Shown: one piece after another, positions 25,316 to 33,837 of the stretch
Layout of the letters: each line of letters begins with the position of its first letter
Position numbering within the stretch: the first letter of the stretch is position 1
Source: a virus
Lineage: Duplodnaviria; Caudoviricetes
Length of the DNA: 52,293 nucleotides
Strand: one strand, 5' to 3'
Virus record (IMG/VR): IMGVR_UViG_3300020044_009895
Location: 1 to 52,293 of that record
The notes under the pieces: generated by a model
What the model was told of the DNA's origin: nothing
Database searches by the model: none
Seen by the model: only the letters and a program-made list of their open reading frames with translations
Made by a program: the position numbers and the translations under genes

Positions 25316-25650
25316 GGCCAATTCCATCGAATAACCCGGTGGCCTATGCTGCCGGCCAGCGCTGCATTGCTCGTGCTGCCTATGCTCTGGATGTGGGTGG
25401 TGTGCGTTCTCGGGAAAGTCTTGAGGTGGTCCAGCGGGTGGTCAATGCCAGGGCCAACGATCCGACCACCGAGCGGGTGCGCCACATTGACCTGCCAGTC
25501 CGGCATCAGATGGTGCGTATCACCTGCGTTCTGCCACCACAATTCACCATTCCCGTGATCGACAAGGTTGTCGGGGATGATGGCGAGATTTTGTTTTTGA
25601 CCTGCGACGAAGTACGGGCAATCCGGCCTGCACTGAAGCGCCTTTTCTGA
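25312..25650 (+). CDS. Hypothetical protein
   Basis: 112 aa, coupled start. Confidence 0.5.
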   Translation: MRPIPSNNPVAYAAGQRCIARAAYALDVGGVRSRESLEVVQRVVNARANDPTTERVRHIDLPVRHQMVRITCVLPPQFTIPVIDKVVGDDGEILFLTCDEVRAIRPALKRLF

Positions 25651-25661
25651 GGAGTAGCAAA

Positions 25662-25913
25662 ATGCCGTTTACCAATCAAGACAAGGTTTTGCTCGACCGG
25701 AATGCTCGTGCCGGCGAGATTGAAGCGAACAAGCTGCTGGTGACCTACGGGTCCAACTGGCAGGCCAGCAAGGAAGCCAAGCGTGCCAAGCTGGAATTTG
25801 ACCGGCTGGAGCGGGATGCCCGGGATACTCGGCTCTTGGCCAAGCGCATGGAGGCCGAGGAAAAACAACGGCGCAAAGGTCAGACTGTCCTTCCCATCGG
25901 GAATGCGGCGTGA
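25662..25913 (+). CDS. Hypothetical protein
   Basis: GAGGAG SD; 83 aa, coiled-coil-like. Confidence 0.6.
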   Translation: MPFTNQDKVLLDRNARAGEIEANKLLVTYGSNWQASKEAKRAKLEFDRLERDARDTRLLAKRMEAEEKQRRKGQTVLPIGNAA

Positions 25914-26071
25914 GCTTTGACGACGACAACGATGGCGGCCTGCAGTTCTATGACGAGGTTGCTGCCGAAGCAGACTACCGTGCCTGGATTGAGGAGATGG
26001 AATCCTTTGCCAAGCATGAGCAGTTCATCAAGAAACAACTGAGCGGGGTGGAATATGACGGACAAGACTAA
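25910..26071 (+). CDS. Small acidic protein (53 aa)
   Basis: GTGA overlap; MSFDDDNDGGLQFYDEVAAEADYRAWIEEMES... Confidence 0.5.
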   Translation: MSFDDDNDGGLQFYDEVAAEADYRAWIEEMESFAKHEQFIKKQLSGVEYDGQD

Positions 26072-26714
26072 GCTGGCAGATCTGCGTAAGCCCTTTCCGG
26101 ACAATCAGATCAGCAAGCTGCCGAAGCCAACAAAGCAGCAGACCCAAGAGGTGAAAGACAATTTTAAGGCTGGCGTGCGTTGCACTATTTGCGGCACCTG
26201 GCACCACCCGAAGGTGGTCCACCTGGACTACGTTGGGCATGCTGCTTTGACCGACAGGCTTCTTGACGTTGATCCGGAGTGGTCTTGGGAGCCTTTGGCT
26301 ATTGGACCTGATGGCTTGCCTGCGGTGGACAAGGATGGTGGCCTGTGGATTAAGCTGACCGTGTGTGGGGTTACTCGGTTGGGCTTTGGCGATGCAGAAG
26401 GAAAGACTGGTGGCAATGCTACCAAGGAGCGCATTGGCGATGCCCTGCGGAATGCTGCGATGCGGTTTGGCGCCGCTCTGGATCTGTGGCACAAGGGCGA
26501 TCTGCATGCCGATGACGAACCCGAGGTCAAGCCTGCTGGCCCTACGTTTGACAAGGATGACCTGTTGCGCCTGGCTGGGGTTGAGGCCAAGGCTGGCGTG
26601 GCGGCTTACAAGAAGTTTTGGGGAGGGCTGACGACTGCCGAGAAGCAAGCCGTGGGTGAATCGCGCCACGCCGACTTTAAGGCTATTGCTGCCGACGTAG
26701 GCGATGCAACCTAG
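26055..26714 (+). CDS. Rad52/Sak-family single-strand annealing recombinase
   Basis: LDYVGHA..TDRL..VDPEWSWE...LWIKLTVCGVTR.GFG...GDALRNAAMRFG. Confidence 0.75.
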   Translation: MTDKTKLADLRKPFPDNQISKLPKPTKQQTQEVKDNFKAGVRCTICGTWHHPKVVHLDYVGHAALTDRLLDVDPEWSWEPLAIGPDGLPAVDKDGGLWIKLTVCGVTRLGFGDAEGKTGGNATKERIGDALRNAAMRFGAALDLWHKGDLHADDEPEVKPAGPTFDKDDLLRLAGVEAKAGVAAYKKFWGGLTTAEKQAVGESRHADFKAIAADVGDAT

Positions 26715-27075
26715 ACAGTGGATCATCGACAGCAAGTTGCAGATGGAGCATGTCTGCAAGTTCCTCCTGCGCTTGCCTGTCGATTCCAGTCTCCATGTCA
26801 GTGTTTCCGACTACGAGCCACAGCGCACCAATTCCCAAAATGCCAGGCTTTGGTTGCTGCACGGTAAGGCTGCAGAGGTCACTGGTTACAGTGCAGAGGA
26901 GATGCACGAGTTTGCCCTGATGCGCCACTTTGGGCATCACGATATTGAGGTTGGCGAGTTGACCAGGCGGGTGCCGGTCAAGCGCAGCAGCACCAGAAAC
27001 AAGAAGGAGTTCTCGGCCTTCATGGAAGCGACCGAGGCATGGTACATAACTGACTTTGGAGTGTGGCTAGAATGA
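26704..27075 (+). CDS. NinB-like recombination protein
   Basis: RTNSQNARLW...SSTRNKKEFSAFME pattern. Confidence 0.65.
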   Translation: MQPRQWIIDSKLQMEHVCKFLLRLPVDSSLHVSVSDYEPQRTNSQNARLWLLHGKAAEVTGYSAEEMHEFALMRHFGHHDIEVGELTRRVPVKRSSTRNKKEFSAFMEATEAWYITDFGVWLE

Positions 27076-27734
27076 ACCTTTACCTTGACATTGAAACCAT
27101 CGGCACGACCGATCCTGAAGTGATTGCTGACCTTGCGGCCGGCATATCCCATCCCAAAACCATGAGCAAGCCTGACACCATTGCGAAATGGGTGGCAGAG
27201 GAAAAGCCTGCAGCAGTCCAGGAAGCCGTAAAGCGCACCAGCTTTGATGGCACCTATGGCCAGATCATCACCATTGGCTATGCCGTTGATGATGGCGAGG
27301 TCGAGACTGTCTATCAGGACGATGGCGTGTCCGAGCGGGATATTCTGGTGCTGTTTGCTGATGATATTCGCAGCATCATGTACAAAACCAATACCCGGCC
27401 TGTGCTGGTCGGCCACAACATTCACGGTTTTGACCTGCGGTTCCTCTGGCAGCGGTACATCATCAACGGGGTAAAGCCCCCATCACTGCCTTTTCAGGCC
27501 AAGGCCTGGGACAGCAACATCAACGACACCATGGTCATGTGGAATCCCGAGCGGGAGAAGCGCATCAGTCTGGACAAGCTGTGCAAGGCTTTGAAGGTCA
27601 AGTCCAGCAAGGATGGGTTTGACGGCTCAATGGTCTGGGATGCGTTCAAGGCCGGCGAGTTTGAGAAGATTGCCGACTACTGCAAGGCCGATGTGGAAGC
27701 GGTTCGCCAGTGCCACACCAAGATGATGGCATGA
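27072..27734 (+). CDS. DnaQ/PolB-like 3'-5' exonuclease
   Basis: ExoI LDIET, ExoII GHNIHGFD, ExoIII YCKADV. Confidence 0.85.
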   Translation: MNLYLDIETIGTTDPEVIADLAAGISHPKTMSKPDTIAKWVAEEKPAAVQEAVKRTSFDGTYGQIITIGYAVDDGEVETVYQDDGVSERDILVLFADDIRSIMYKTNTRPVLVGHNIHGFDLRFLWQRYIINGVKPPSLPFQAKAWDSNINDTMVMWNPEREKRISLDKLCKALKVKSSKDGFDGSMVWDAFKAGEFEKIADYCKADVEAVRQCHTKMMA

Positions 27735-28009
27735 CCGATATGCCCATTGCAGCGCTGGTGGAGTGCGTAGACCGGGAGGCCAAGTTCCGGTCTACCACCT
27801 ACCCGCGGTGGATCAAGTCTGGCAAGCTGACTGTTGCTGCAGCAGAGCAGGAGCGGCTTAGGCTGGCTGCTGTGCGCCGGCGGTTGATTGAGTCGGAGGC
27901 TATCAATCGGCTTTTGCCTCAGTTGAAAAATCAGGCTTGGCACCTGCTTGAGGAAGCACATGAGGCGGTTGAGGCGCAGTTGCCTAAGTGCCCGGAGTGG
28001 TTGGCATGA
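27731..28009 (+). CDS. Hypothetical phage protein
   Basis: CVDRE..FR...YPRWI..GKLT motif; ATGA overlaps. Confidence 0.6.
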   Translation: MTDMPIAALVECVDREAKFRSTTYPRWIKSGKLTVAAAEQERLRLAAVRRRLIESEAINRLLPQLKNQAWHLLEEAHEAVEAQLPKCPEWLA

Positions 28010-28110
28010 GGTTTGGCAGTGTGTGCTCAGGCATTGAAGCGGCCAGCATGGCCGTGCCGGTCATGCGCTGGATCGGCCAGCGCATTCAGATGGTGGAGGA
28101 CTTGGCATGA
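28006..28110 (+). pseudogene. Internally deleted C5-cytosine DNA methyltransferase (motif I fused to motif X)
   Basis: MRFGSVCSGIEAAS|MAVPVMRWIGQRIQMVEDLA*. Confidence 0.75.
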
Positions 28111-28514
28111 AGCTGCCCTATGTTCCGATTGGCTTTACCTCATGCACCGTCAGTGGTGTGGAAGATAGTGCATCCCTGTTGCCGGACTTTCTGGCTACGC
28201 CTGGGCGGCATGTGGTGTTTTGGGCGCCAGCCTTGGAGCTTGTGATCTGGGATCCGTGGATGAAGCTGGGGCTGGATTGGCTTGTTGTCGCTGGTGAGGC
28301 TGGTCCGGATGCTCGGCCATTCAAGCAAGAGTGGGCCCGGCATGCCATCCAGTCTGGGGCCAGGTGGAAGGTTCCTGTGTACGTGGTACAGATGGGATCG
28401 AACTGCCGTACCTGGTCTGGCATTCCTATTTGTCACCGGGATAAAGCAGGAGCCCAGCCTGCTCAGTGGCCTAGGGAGTACCGGGTGCGGCAGTACCCTA
28501 CAATCACGGCATGA
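28107..28514 (+). CDS. Truncated/divergent DUF5131 (phage Gp37/Gp68) protein
   Basis: LDWLVVAGEAGPDARP..EWAR...VPVYVVQMG matches the DUF5131 C-terminal half; N-terminal Cys cluster absent. Confidence 0.6.
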   Translation: MKLPYVPIGFTSCTVSGVEDSASLLPDFLATPGRHVVFWAPALELVIWDPWMKLGLDWLVVAGEAGPDARPFKQEWARHAIQSGARWKVPVYVVQMGSNCRTWSGIPICHRDKAGAQPAQWPREYRVRQYPTITA

Positions 28515-29383
28515 GTGATCCGTTCAAGATTGATTCACCTACCTGCCTGTCAGTGTCTGGCGGCAGGACCAGCGCTTACATGCTCTGGCGGGTGCTGCAA
28601 TCGAACGGCGGGAAACTCCCGCCAGAGGCCATAGCCTGCTTCGCCAATACCGGGAAAGAGGAGGAGGCTACGCTGCGCTTCGTGCGCGACTGCTCGACGA
28701 ATTGGGGTGTGCCGATCACCTGGGTCGAGTACCGCAACGACGAGCGCGGCTATGCGGTTGTGGACTTCGATACCGCCAGCAGGAACGGCGAACCGTTCTC
28801 GGCCATCATTGCCAAGCGCCAATACCTGCCGAATCCGGTGACGCGGTTCTGTACTTCGGAATTGAAGATTCGGACGATGCACAAATACCAGAGGGCGCAT
28901 TGGGCTGCAATGGGTCTGGACGCAAAAGAGATTGAGTGGGATCAATTCATCGGTATACGTGCAGACGAACAAAGGCGCGTTTCCAAGATTCGTAAACGTG
29001 GGCACAGCACGGAAAGCAGGCAAGAAATCATGTGCATGCCGCTGGCTGATGCTGGTGTGACGGTGCATGACATAACCGAATTCTGGTCGCGCCAGCCGTT
29101 CAACCTTGAATTGCCGACATACAAGGGGCGCACGCTGGCAGGAAACTGTGACCTGTGTTTCCTGAAACCGGCAAACCAGATTCTCACGCTGATCGCACAA
29201 AAGCCGGAACGTGCGGTGTGGTGGGCCGCTCAAGAGGCATTGGCATTGGCATCCAAGCCAAGCGGGGCGGTGTTCCGCTCAGATCGGCCGAGCTATGCGG
29301 CCATGTTTAAGAATGTCACGGATCAAGCCGACTTCATCGGGTACGATGATGAAGAGGGAATTGCCTGCTTCTGCGGTGACTAG
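28511..29383 (+). CDS. Phage PAPS-reductase-family (PP-loop, Fe-S) protein
   Basis: SGGRTS, FANTGKE, RFCTSELK, GIRADE, GNCDLCFLK, CFCGD. Confidence 0.8.
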   Translation: MSDPFKIDSPTCLSVSGGRTSAYMLWRVLQSNGGKLPPEAIACFANTGKEEEATLRFVRDCSTNWGVPITWVEYRNDERGYAVVDFDTASRNGEPFSAIIAKRQYLPNPVTRFCTSELKIRTMHKYQRAHWAAMGLDAKEIEWDQFIGIRADEQRRVSKIRKRGHSTESRQEIMCMPLADAGVTVHDITEFWSRQPFNLELPTYKGRTLAGNCDLCFLKPANQILTLIAQKPERAVWWAAQEALALASKPSGAVFRSDRPSYAAMFKNVTDQADFIGYDDEEGIACFCGD

Positions 29384-29426
29384 CGCGCAGTACCCCAGTC
29401 AGCCTTCAGCATGAGCACCGTGTTGA

Positions 29427-29900
29427 TCAGCGCTGGGTATCTTGCCTGAATATGGCGGCCTCGGCGTCACGGCGCCTGGCCAAGCCTCTCAGTTCAACGC
29501 CACCCGCTGTCCTTGGGCGTTTGATCAGTTCGGCCGCATCGTGCCACCTGCCTTGGTTTATGGCGGTTCGCAGGCGTGAATGTTTGAATGCTCCCACCCC
29601 GCAGTTCCATGCCCATGAACTCACAGCAGCCATGGCAAGTGGCTTAGAAGCCAAAGCAGGAGCAAGAGCCAGGCAACGTCGAGCATAGTCAGCCAGACCA
29701 GCTCCCAGTTCTTCTGCTGCTTCAGCTGCTGTAATTCCTCCTGATCCTTCGGTGATTCCATACGTCCTCCCGTACCCTCGGGTCCACACTGGCGGCTTTG
29801 CCAGCTTGTCCAAGTAGGGGTATATGCGGCCGTCAGGTCTACGCTTTTCGCACCCCTCAAACTTGGCTACCAGCGGAATGGCAACGTCCGACCACTTCAT
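29427..29900 (-). CDS. Endolysin (GH24 lysozyme)
   Basis: FEG...YLD...WTRGYG catalytic region; LRGLARRRDAE. Confidence 0.88.
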   Translation of the reverse strand: MKWSDVAIPLVAKFEGCEKRRPDGRIYPYLDKLAKPPVWTRGYGRTYGITEGSGGITAAEAAEELGAGLADYARRCLALAPALASKPLAMAAVSSWAWNCGVGAFKHSRLRTAINQGRWHDAAELIKRPRTAGGVELRGLARRRDAEAAIFRQDTQR

Positions 29901-30379
29901 TTGCCGACCTTTCGCAGGCTGCGGTCAGCAAACCAGAAGCTGATCATGGAAAAGCACAAAGTTCTGTCGGCCTCAGTGTAAATTGACAGGAAGGCTGCGC
30001 TCCAGGTAACGCCGCCGGCATAAGCAATGGCAAGCTGGGCAACTTTGACTGCTGTGTACAGAAAGATGCAATGCCAGAAGGTCAGGAGGGGGCGCATCAC
30101 GGCGCTGAATTTTTCCACCCATCCACCGGCATGGCTGGCTTCTGATGCCTGCGCGTTGATAGCTGCGATCAGCATGTCGGTGTCGTTCTTGTCGGCAGCC
30201 TGGCTGATGTCCATCGCTTTCAGTGCCCGGTTTTCTTGGGCCTGCATTTCCTGCAGCTTGATTTGGTTCTCAAACATGCGGGCCTCGTGGTCGCGCTCGG
30301 CCTGTTTGTCCTTCATCTCCATCCAGTGCTGGCCAAGCCTGGACACCCCACCAAACACCAGCCCGATAAGTTCAAACAT
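29897..30379 (-). CDS. Holin-like membrane protein
   Basis: Directly upstream of the lysin; VMRPLLT, TM segments, FWFADRSLRK. Confidence 0.6.
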   Translation of the reverse strand: MFELIGLVFGGVSRLGQHWMEMKDKQAERDHEARMFENQIKLQEMQAQENRALKAMDISQAADKNDTDMLIAAINAQASEASHAGGWVEKFSAVMRPLLTFWHCIFLYTAVKVAQLAIAYAGGVTWSAAFLSIYTEADRTLCFSMISFWFADRSLRKVGK

Positions 30380-30756
30380 TATGCTGACTCCCGCTTCATC
30401 GAATTGACGCGCTGCGTCAGGTCTTGGGTGGTGTCGAAGTGATACAGGCGTGCTTTGCGGCGGTCAGGTGGTCTGCTCGATTTCACGTACCCCTTGAAGG
30501 TCAGCCATGCCTGGACTTCCCTGTACAAGTAGTGGGCTGCCAGCACAGCAAAGCCGGCCAGTGCGATGATAATAGGGGTGGGTGGTAGCTCCATCCTGTG
30601 CCTGCCAATCTGCAGGGCGGTCCAGGCCAGCCCGACTATCATCAGCACCAGCCCGAAGGAAATGTCCGGGTATCGGCTCCTGTCAATGCGCCGGCCGAAG
30701 TCAAAAATAAAGACCATGAGGATCGTGCTGCTGATCCAGAACAGTGTTGCCATCAT
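30379..30756 (-). CDS. Three-TM membrane protein in the lysis module
   Basis: Three hydrophobic segments and a basic tail. Confidence 0.55.
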   Translation of the reverse strand: MMATLFWISSTILMVFIFDFGRRIDRSRYPDISFGLVLMIVGLAWTALQIGRHRMELPPTPIIIALAGFAVLAAHYLYREVQAWLTFKGYVKSSRPPDRRKARLYHFDTTQDLTQRVNSMKRESA

Positions 30757-31106
30757 CCCTCCTTTTTAGCGCGTGCCAAGATGAGCGAGAAGATCAAATT
30801 ACCTAGCAGGCCAAGAGCCGACGCCACGTACTCCTGGTCCACGTTGTTTACCCACTGAAAAGATTCGACGCCTTTGGCCCACGCCATGACGCCTTTGGAT
30901 CCGACCACCCCGAAGAACGTGCCGGTGAGCATCATGCTCATGGCGGTCCAGAATGTCGTTGGCTTTTGTGCCACCGTCCACACCATGGCCCCTGCTGCTG
31001 CTGCCATGATGATCATCCACAGTGGACTGTTGGTCCCAATTGCTGCAAGGGCTGGAGTTGCTGCTGCAGCCACTGATGTGGCGTGATCTATGGCTTGGGC
31101 TGTCAT
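30753..31106 (-). CDS. Putative holin/membrane protein
   Basis: AGGA SD; several TM segments; basic C-terminus. Confidence 0.55.
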   Translation of the reverse strand: MTAQAIDHATSVAAAATPALAAIGTNSPLWMIIMAAAAGAMVWTVAQKPTTFWTAMSMMLTGTFFGVVGSKGVMAWAKGVESFQWVNNVDQEYVASALGLLGNLIFSLILARAKKEG

Positions 31107-31132
31107 GATTATTCCTATTTTTGTGATGCAGG

Positions 31133-32230
31133 TTACACCTTGATTTCGCGGATAGTGATGGATGAAGCAGCTACACCCCCGAATATCCTGGCTCCTGATT
31201 GGCCGTTAAATGTTGTCGTTCCTGCGCCAGAGGATCCAGCTCGCACCCGAAAAGTGGTAGACGAAGTGGTTCCCGCTGTCATGCGGTGAACAACTATGAC
31301 TTGTGTCATGCTGTTGGCGGCTCCCGCTGATACTTTTGCTGCGGCAAGAGCACCAGCAGTTGCGTCTTGAAAAAGCGCGGCACACAGATTGCCATCGGCA
31401 CTATGGGCCAGGTTAACCACTACCGTAATTTCAAGCGCATTGGTGGCGCTGGTAGGAGTAATTGCCAGCGTCATGTATTGATCGCCCTCAGTGATTTGAG
31501 GGATAGTGTCATCAACTGGAATAACCGTTGTTCCAGTAGCAACAGCACCTGTTTGGGTTGATACGTTTTGAACAATCGAACCTGCCAATGCGCTGGCTGC
31601 GGTTGCCGTATAACCAAGTGCGCCACCGGTCAATGTCAACGGGGAGGAGACACTGATTTCTTCTGCCGCACCGCTGCTTGCCGTGGTTCTGCCAAGCAGA
31701 CGGCTTGTTGACATAGTGAGCGTGCTTGCCGTGTAGGCAACAGCGGATGCCACAAATGCGCTGGCGGCTGACAATGCGGCACTTCCAAGGCCAAGAACAG
31801 TTCTTGCCGCTGCTGCATTGACGGCTGCCAGCAATCCTTGCGCGTATGCAGTCACCACGGCAAGAACAGTGCTGGCCTGTCCAAAGTTGATGGCATCAGT
31901 TCCCGGTACAGGACTTCCAGTCGTTGTCACGTACCAGAAGCCCACCGTGGTGCTTCCACCATTCACCTTGACCAGCGTGCCTTCGACCACATCTCGGGAT
32001 CCGTCAAAGTCTTGCGTGCGCTCCCAGGCTCCGGTGTCGCTCAGGTAGATGCCGTTGTCGATTGCCGAGGCTTGGTTCTTGACCAGCACCCGGCTGGAAC
32101 TGGTCAACACTCCATCGATGGTCTGCTCTCCAGATAGAGTGATGGCGGCCGTGGTCGCCACTGCCACTGGCGTCTTGATGGCTGTGTTTCCGAGAACCCC
32201 GGACAGGCGGTCGGTTTGGGTAGTTGTCAT
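31133..32230 (-). CDS. Tail fibre/virion structural protein, Thr/Ser/Ala-rich
   Basis: N-terminal VATTAAITLSGEQTIDGV...RVLVKNQ...NGIY domain; beta-rich C-terminal domain ending SSITIREIKV. Confidence 0.65.
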   Translation of the reverse strand: MTTTQTDRLSGVLGNTAIKTPVAVATTAAITLSGEQTIDGVLTSSSRVLVKNQASAIDNGIYLSDTGAWERTQDFDGSRDVVEGTLVKVNGGSTTVGFWYVTTTGSPVPGTDAINFGQASTVLAVVTAYAQGLLAAVNAAAARTVLGLGSAALSAASAFVASAVAYTASTLTMSTSRLLGRTTASSGAAEEISVSSPLTLTGGALGYTATAASALAGSIVQNVSTQTGAVATGTTVIPVDDTIPQITEGDQYMTLAITPTSATNALEITVVVNLAHSADGNLCAALFQDATAGALAAAKVSAGAANSMTQVIVVHRMTAGTTSSTTFRVRAGSSGAGTTTFNGQSGARIFGGVAASSITIREIKV

Positions 32231-32466
32231 GGCCTGTATCCTATCTTTTTGACGAGCGATTTACCAGCATCCACAAACCCTATGAGGAAGATCACAGATG
32301 CACCAATTGAGAACATTCCGACCAGCAGCCACGGCCATACGGTCAGGTCTGCTTCTGGCACCAAGTCCCGGACCAGATCGCCAAGCACCCGGAACACTCC
32401 AGCGGCCACCACATTGGCGCCGAGGAATACGCCGTTGATGGTCAGGAAGGCGGTCAGGTTGCTCAT
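32227..32466 (-). CDS. Small two-TM membrane protein
   Basis: 79 aa; ATGA overlaps. Confidence 0.5.
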   Translation of the reverse strand: MSNLTAFLTINGVFLGANVVAAGVFRVLGDLVRDLVPEADLTVWPWLLVGMFSIGASVIFLIGFVDAGKSLVKKIGYRP

Positions 32467-33095
32467 GCGCGCCTCCCGTAATAGGTGCTCTCGATCACCT
32501 GGCAGAGCATGGCTGACATGGCCATGAGCTCCTCGTCCTCACTTTGGCGCTTGTCCAGCTTGTAGCCGTCCTGGTAGTAGTCGTGGGGGGTTATTGAGAT
32601 GCCGACAGCTTCAGCGGTGCTGGTGCCTGCTGCGGATCCAGCGGCCGAGACAATCACCGCGCTGGAATTGCCATCTGCTCCAACGGCCACCGCCGTACTG
32701 GCTCCAGCTGCATTCATTACCGCGCTGGCAATTGCCGCTCCTGCTCCAGTTGCCGCACTGAATCCAATGGCGCTGGCTGCCCCAGAGACAATGGTTGCCG
32801 TGTTGCCGTCAGTTCCTACCGCTATGGCTGTGCTGGCGCCGGCAGACAGAATTGCCCCAGAGGAAATTGCCGCACCGACGAACTGGGCAGTGGATACCCC
32901 TGTTGCCGATACTGCTCCGGTCGCCGTAGCAGCGCCGGTCATGATGCCGGTACTGGTTCCTGCTGCTGTAGCCCTTACCGCAGCTATTGAAGCCCCTACT
33001 CCTATTGCCGTGCTTGCCCCTATGGACGATCCGGCCCCGCTGACAATCGTCGAGCTGCTTGATACCTTGGGGTGGAATAGAAGGAGGATTGACAC
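32463..33095 (-). CDS. Ala/Gly/Ser/Thr-rich repeat structural protein
   Basis: ~20-aa G(A/T)ST-A-x-x-VG repeats followed by an acidic C-terminal helix. Confidence 0.6.
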   Translation of the reverse strand: MSILLLFHPKVSSSSTIVSGAGSSIGASTAIGVGASIAAVRATAAGTSTGIMTGAATATGAVSATGVSTAQFVGAAISSGAILSAGASTAIAVGTDGNTATIVSGAASAIGFSAATGAGAAIASAVMNAAGASTAVAVGADGNSSAVIVSAAGSAAGTSTAEAVGISITPHDYYQDGYKLDKRQSEDEELMAMSAMLCQVIESTYYGRRA

Positions 33096-33098
33096 GGT

Positions 33099-33836
33099 TT
33101 AGGTAAATTCGATGGTAGCCACGCTGCCTGCAACAGTTGTTGATGTAAGGTTGATGCCGCGCATTGGGCCAAGGTACAAAGGCAAACCGCCTTGCAATCC
33201 AAACGAAAGCACGCTTGATGGCGCAAGGAAAAGATCAACATTTGCCAGCGCCGTGGTGAGGATCGCGGTGGAATATCCGATGCCGACCGTCTGGGCTGTA
33301 CTGCGGTTTGCAATCACAAGGGCTTTGCGGTTGGCATTCGCTGCAATGATTTGAATATCGACCGTTGTGCTTACGCTGCTTCTGGCTACGTTCCCGCTTG
33401 AGAACGGGATCGATTGCATATATTGAAAGTTGGCAGAAGTGCCGGCTATTAGGGCAGCTTGCCCCAATATATTTGCAGATGATCCGCTGATCAGGCCGAC
33501 CGAACCAATGGTGTTGGCCGAGCTTCCTGCAACAAGGGCTGCCGAGCCGATGGTGTTGTTTGTCGTGCCAGCGGCAAGTGCCATGCTGCCGATCATGTTG
33601 GCGCTGGATCCAGCAACCAATACGGCGGCTTGGCTGAATGCCGTGCTGCCTATCGGTCGCACAACCAGCCCACCATCTGCGCTTGACGGCGTTGTTGCTT
33701 CAACGGCTGCCATCAAGGTTGAAGCGGACTGGCCGTCCACCAGCTTCATGTACTGGTATTCGGCACCGCCGATCTGCTCGGTGGCGACTGAGGCGGTTGT
33801 CCCGCCGGCGCCGGTGAGTGGGAGGTTTACTGGCAT
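33099..33836 (-). CDS. Ser/Thr-rich repeat virion protein (fibre/spike-like)
   Basis: Five 14-aa repeats AGSSANxIGSxxLx; C-terminal jelly-roll-like NANRKALVIAN domain. Confidence 0.6.
   Translation of the reverse strand: MPVNLPLTGAGGTTASVATEQIGGAEYQYMKLVDGQSASTLMAAVEATTPSSADGGLVVRPIGSTAFSQAAVLVAGSSANMIGSMALAAGTTNNTIGSAALVAGSSANTIGSVGLISGSSANILGQAALIAGTSANFQYMQSIPFSSGNVARSSVSTTVDIQIIAANANRKALVIANRSTAQTVGIGYSTAILTTALANVDLFLAPSSVLSFGLQGGLPLYLGPMRGINLTSTTVAGSVATIEFT
33429..33626 (-). repeat. 42-bp/14-aa degenerate tandem repeat, ~5 copies
   Basis: LVAGSSANMIGSMA/LAAGTTNNTIGSAA/LVAGSSANTIGSVG/LISGSSANILGQAA/LIAGTSAN. Confidence 0.75.
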
Positions 33837-33837
33837 G

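Noticed and set aside
28511-29383. cysH sulfur-assimilation auxiliary gene
   Set aside because: Its motifs and context fit the phage nin-region PP-loop family, and no other sulfur genes are present.
33429-33626. CRISPR-like array
   Set aside because: These are degenerate in-frame coding repeats without unique spacers. No CRISPR array or cas gene is seen in the window.
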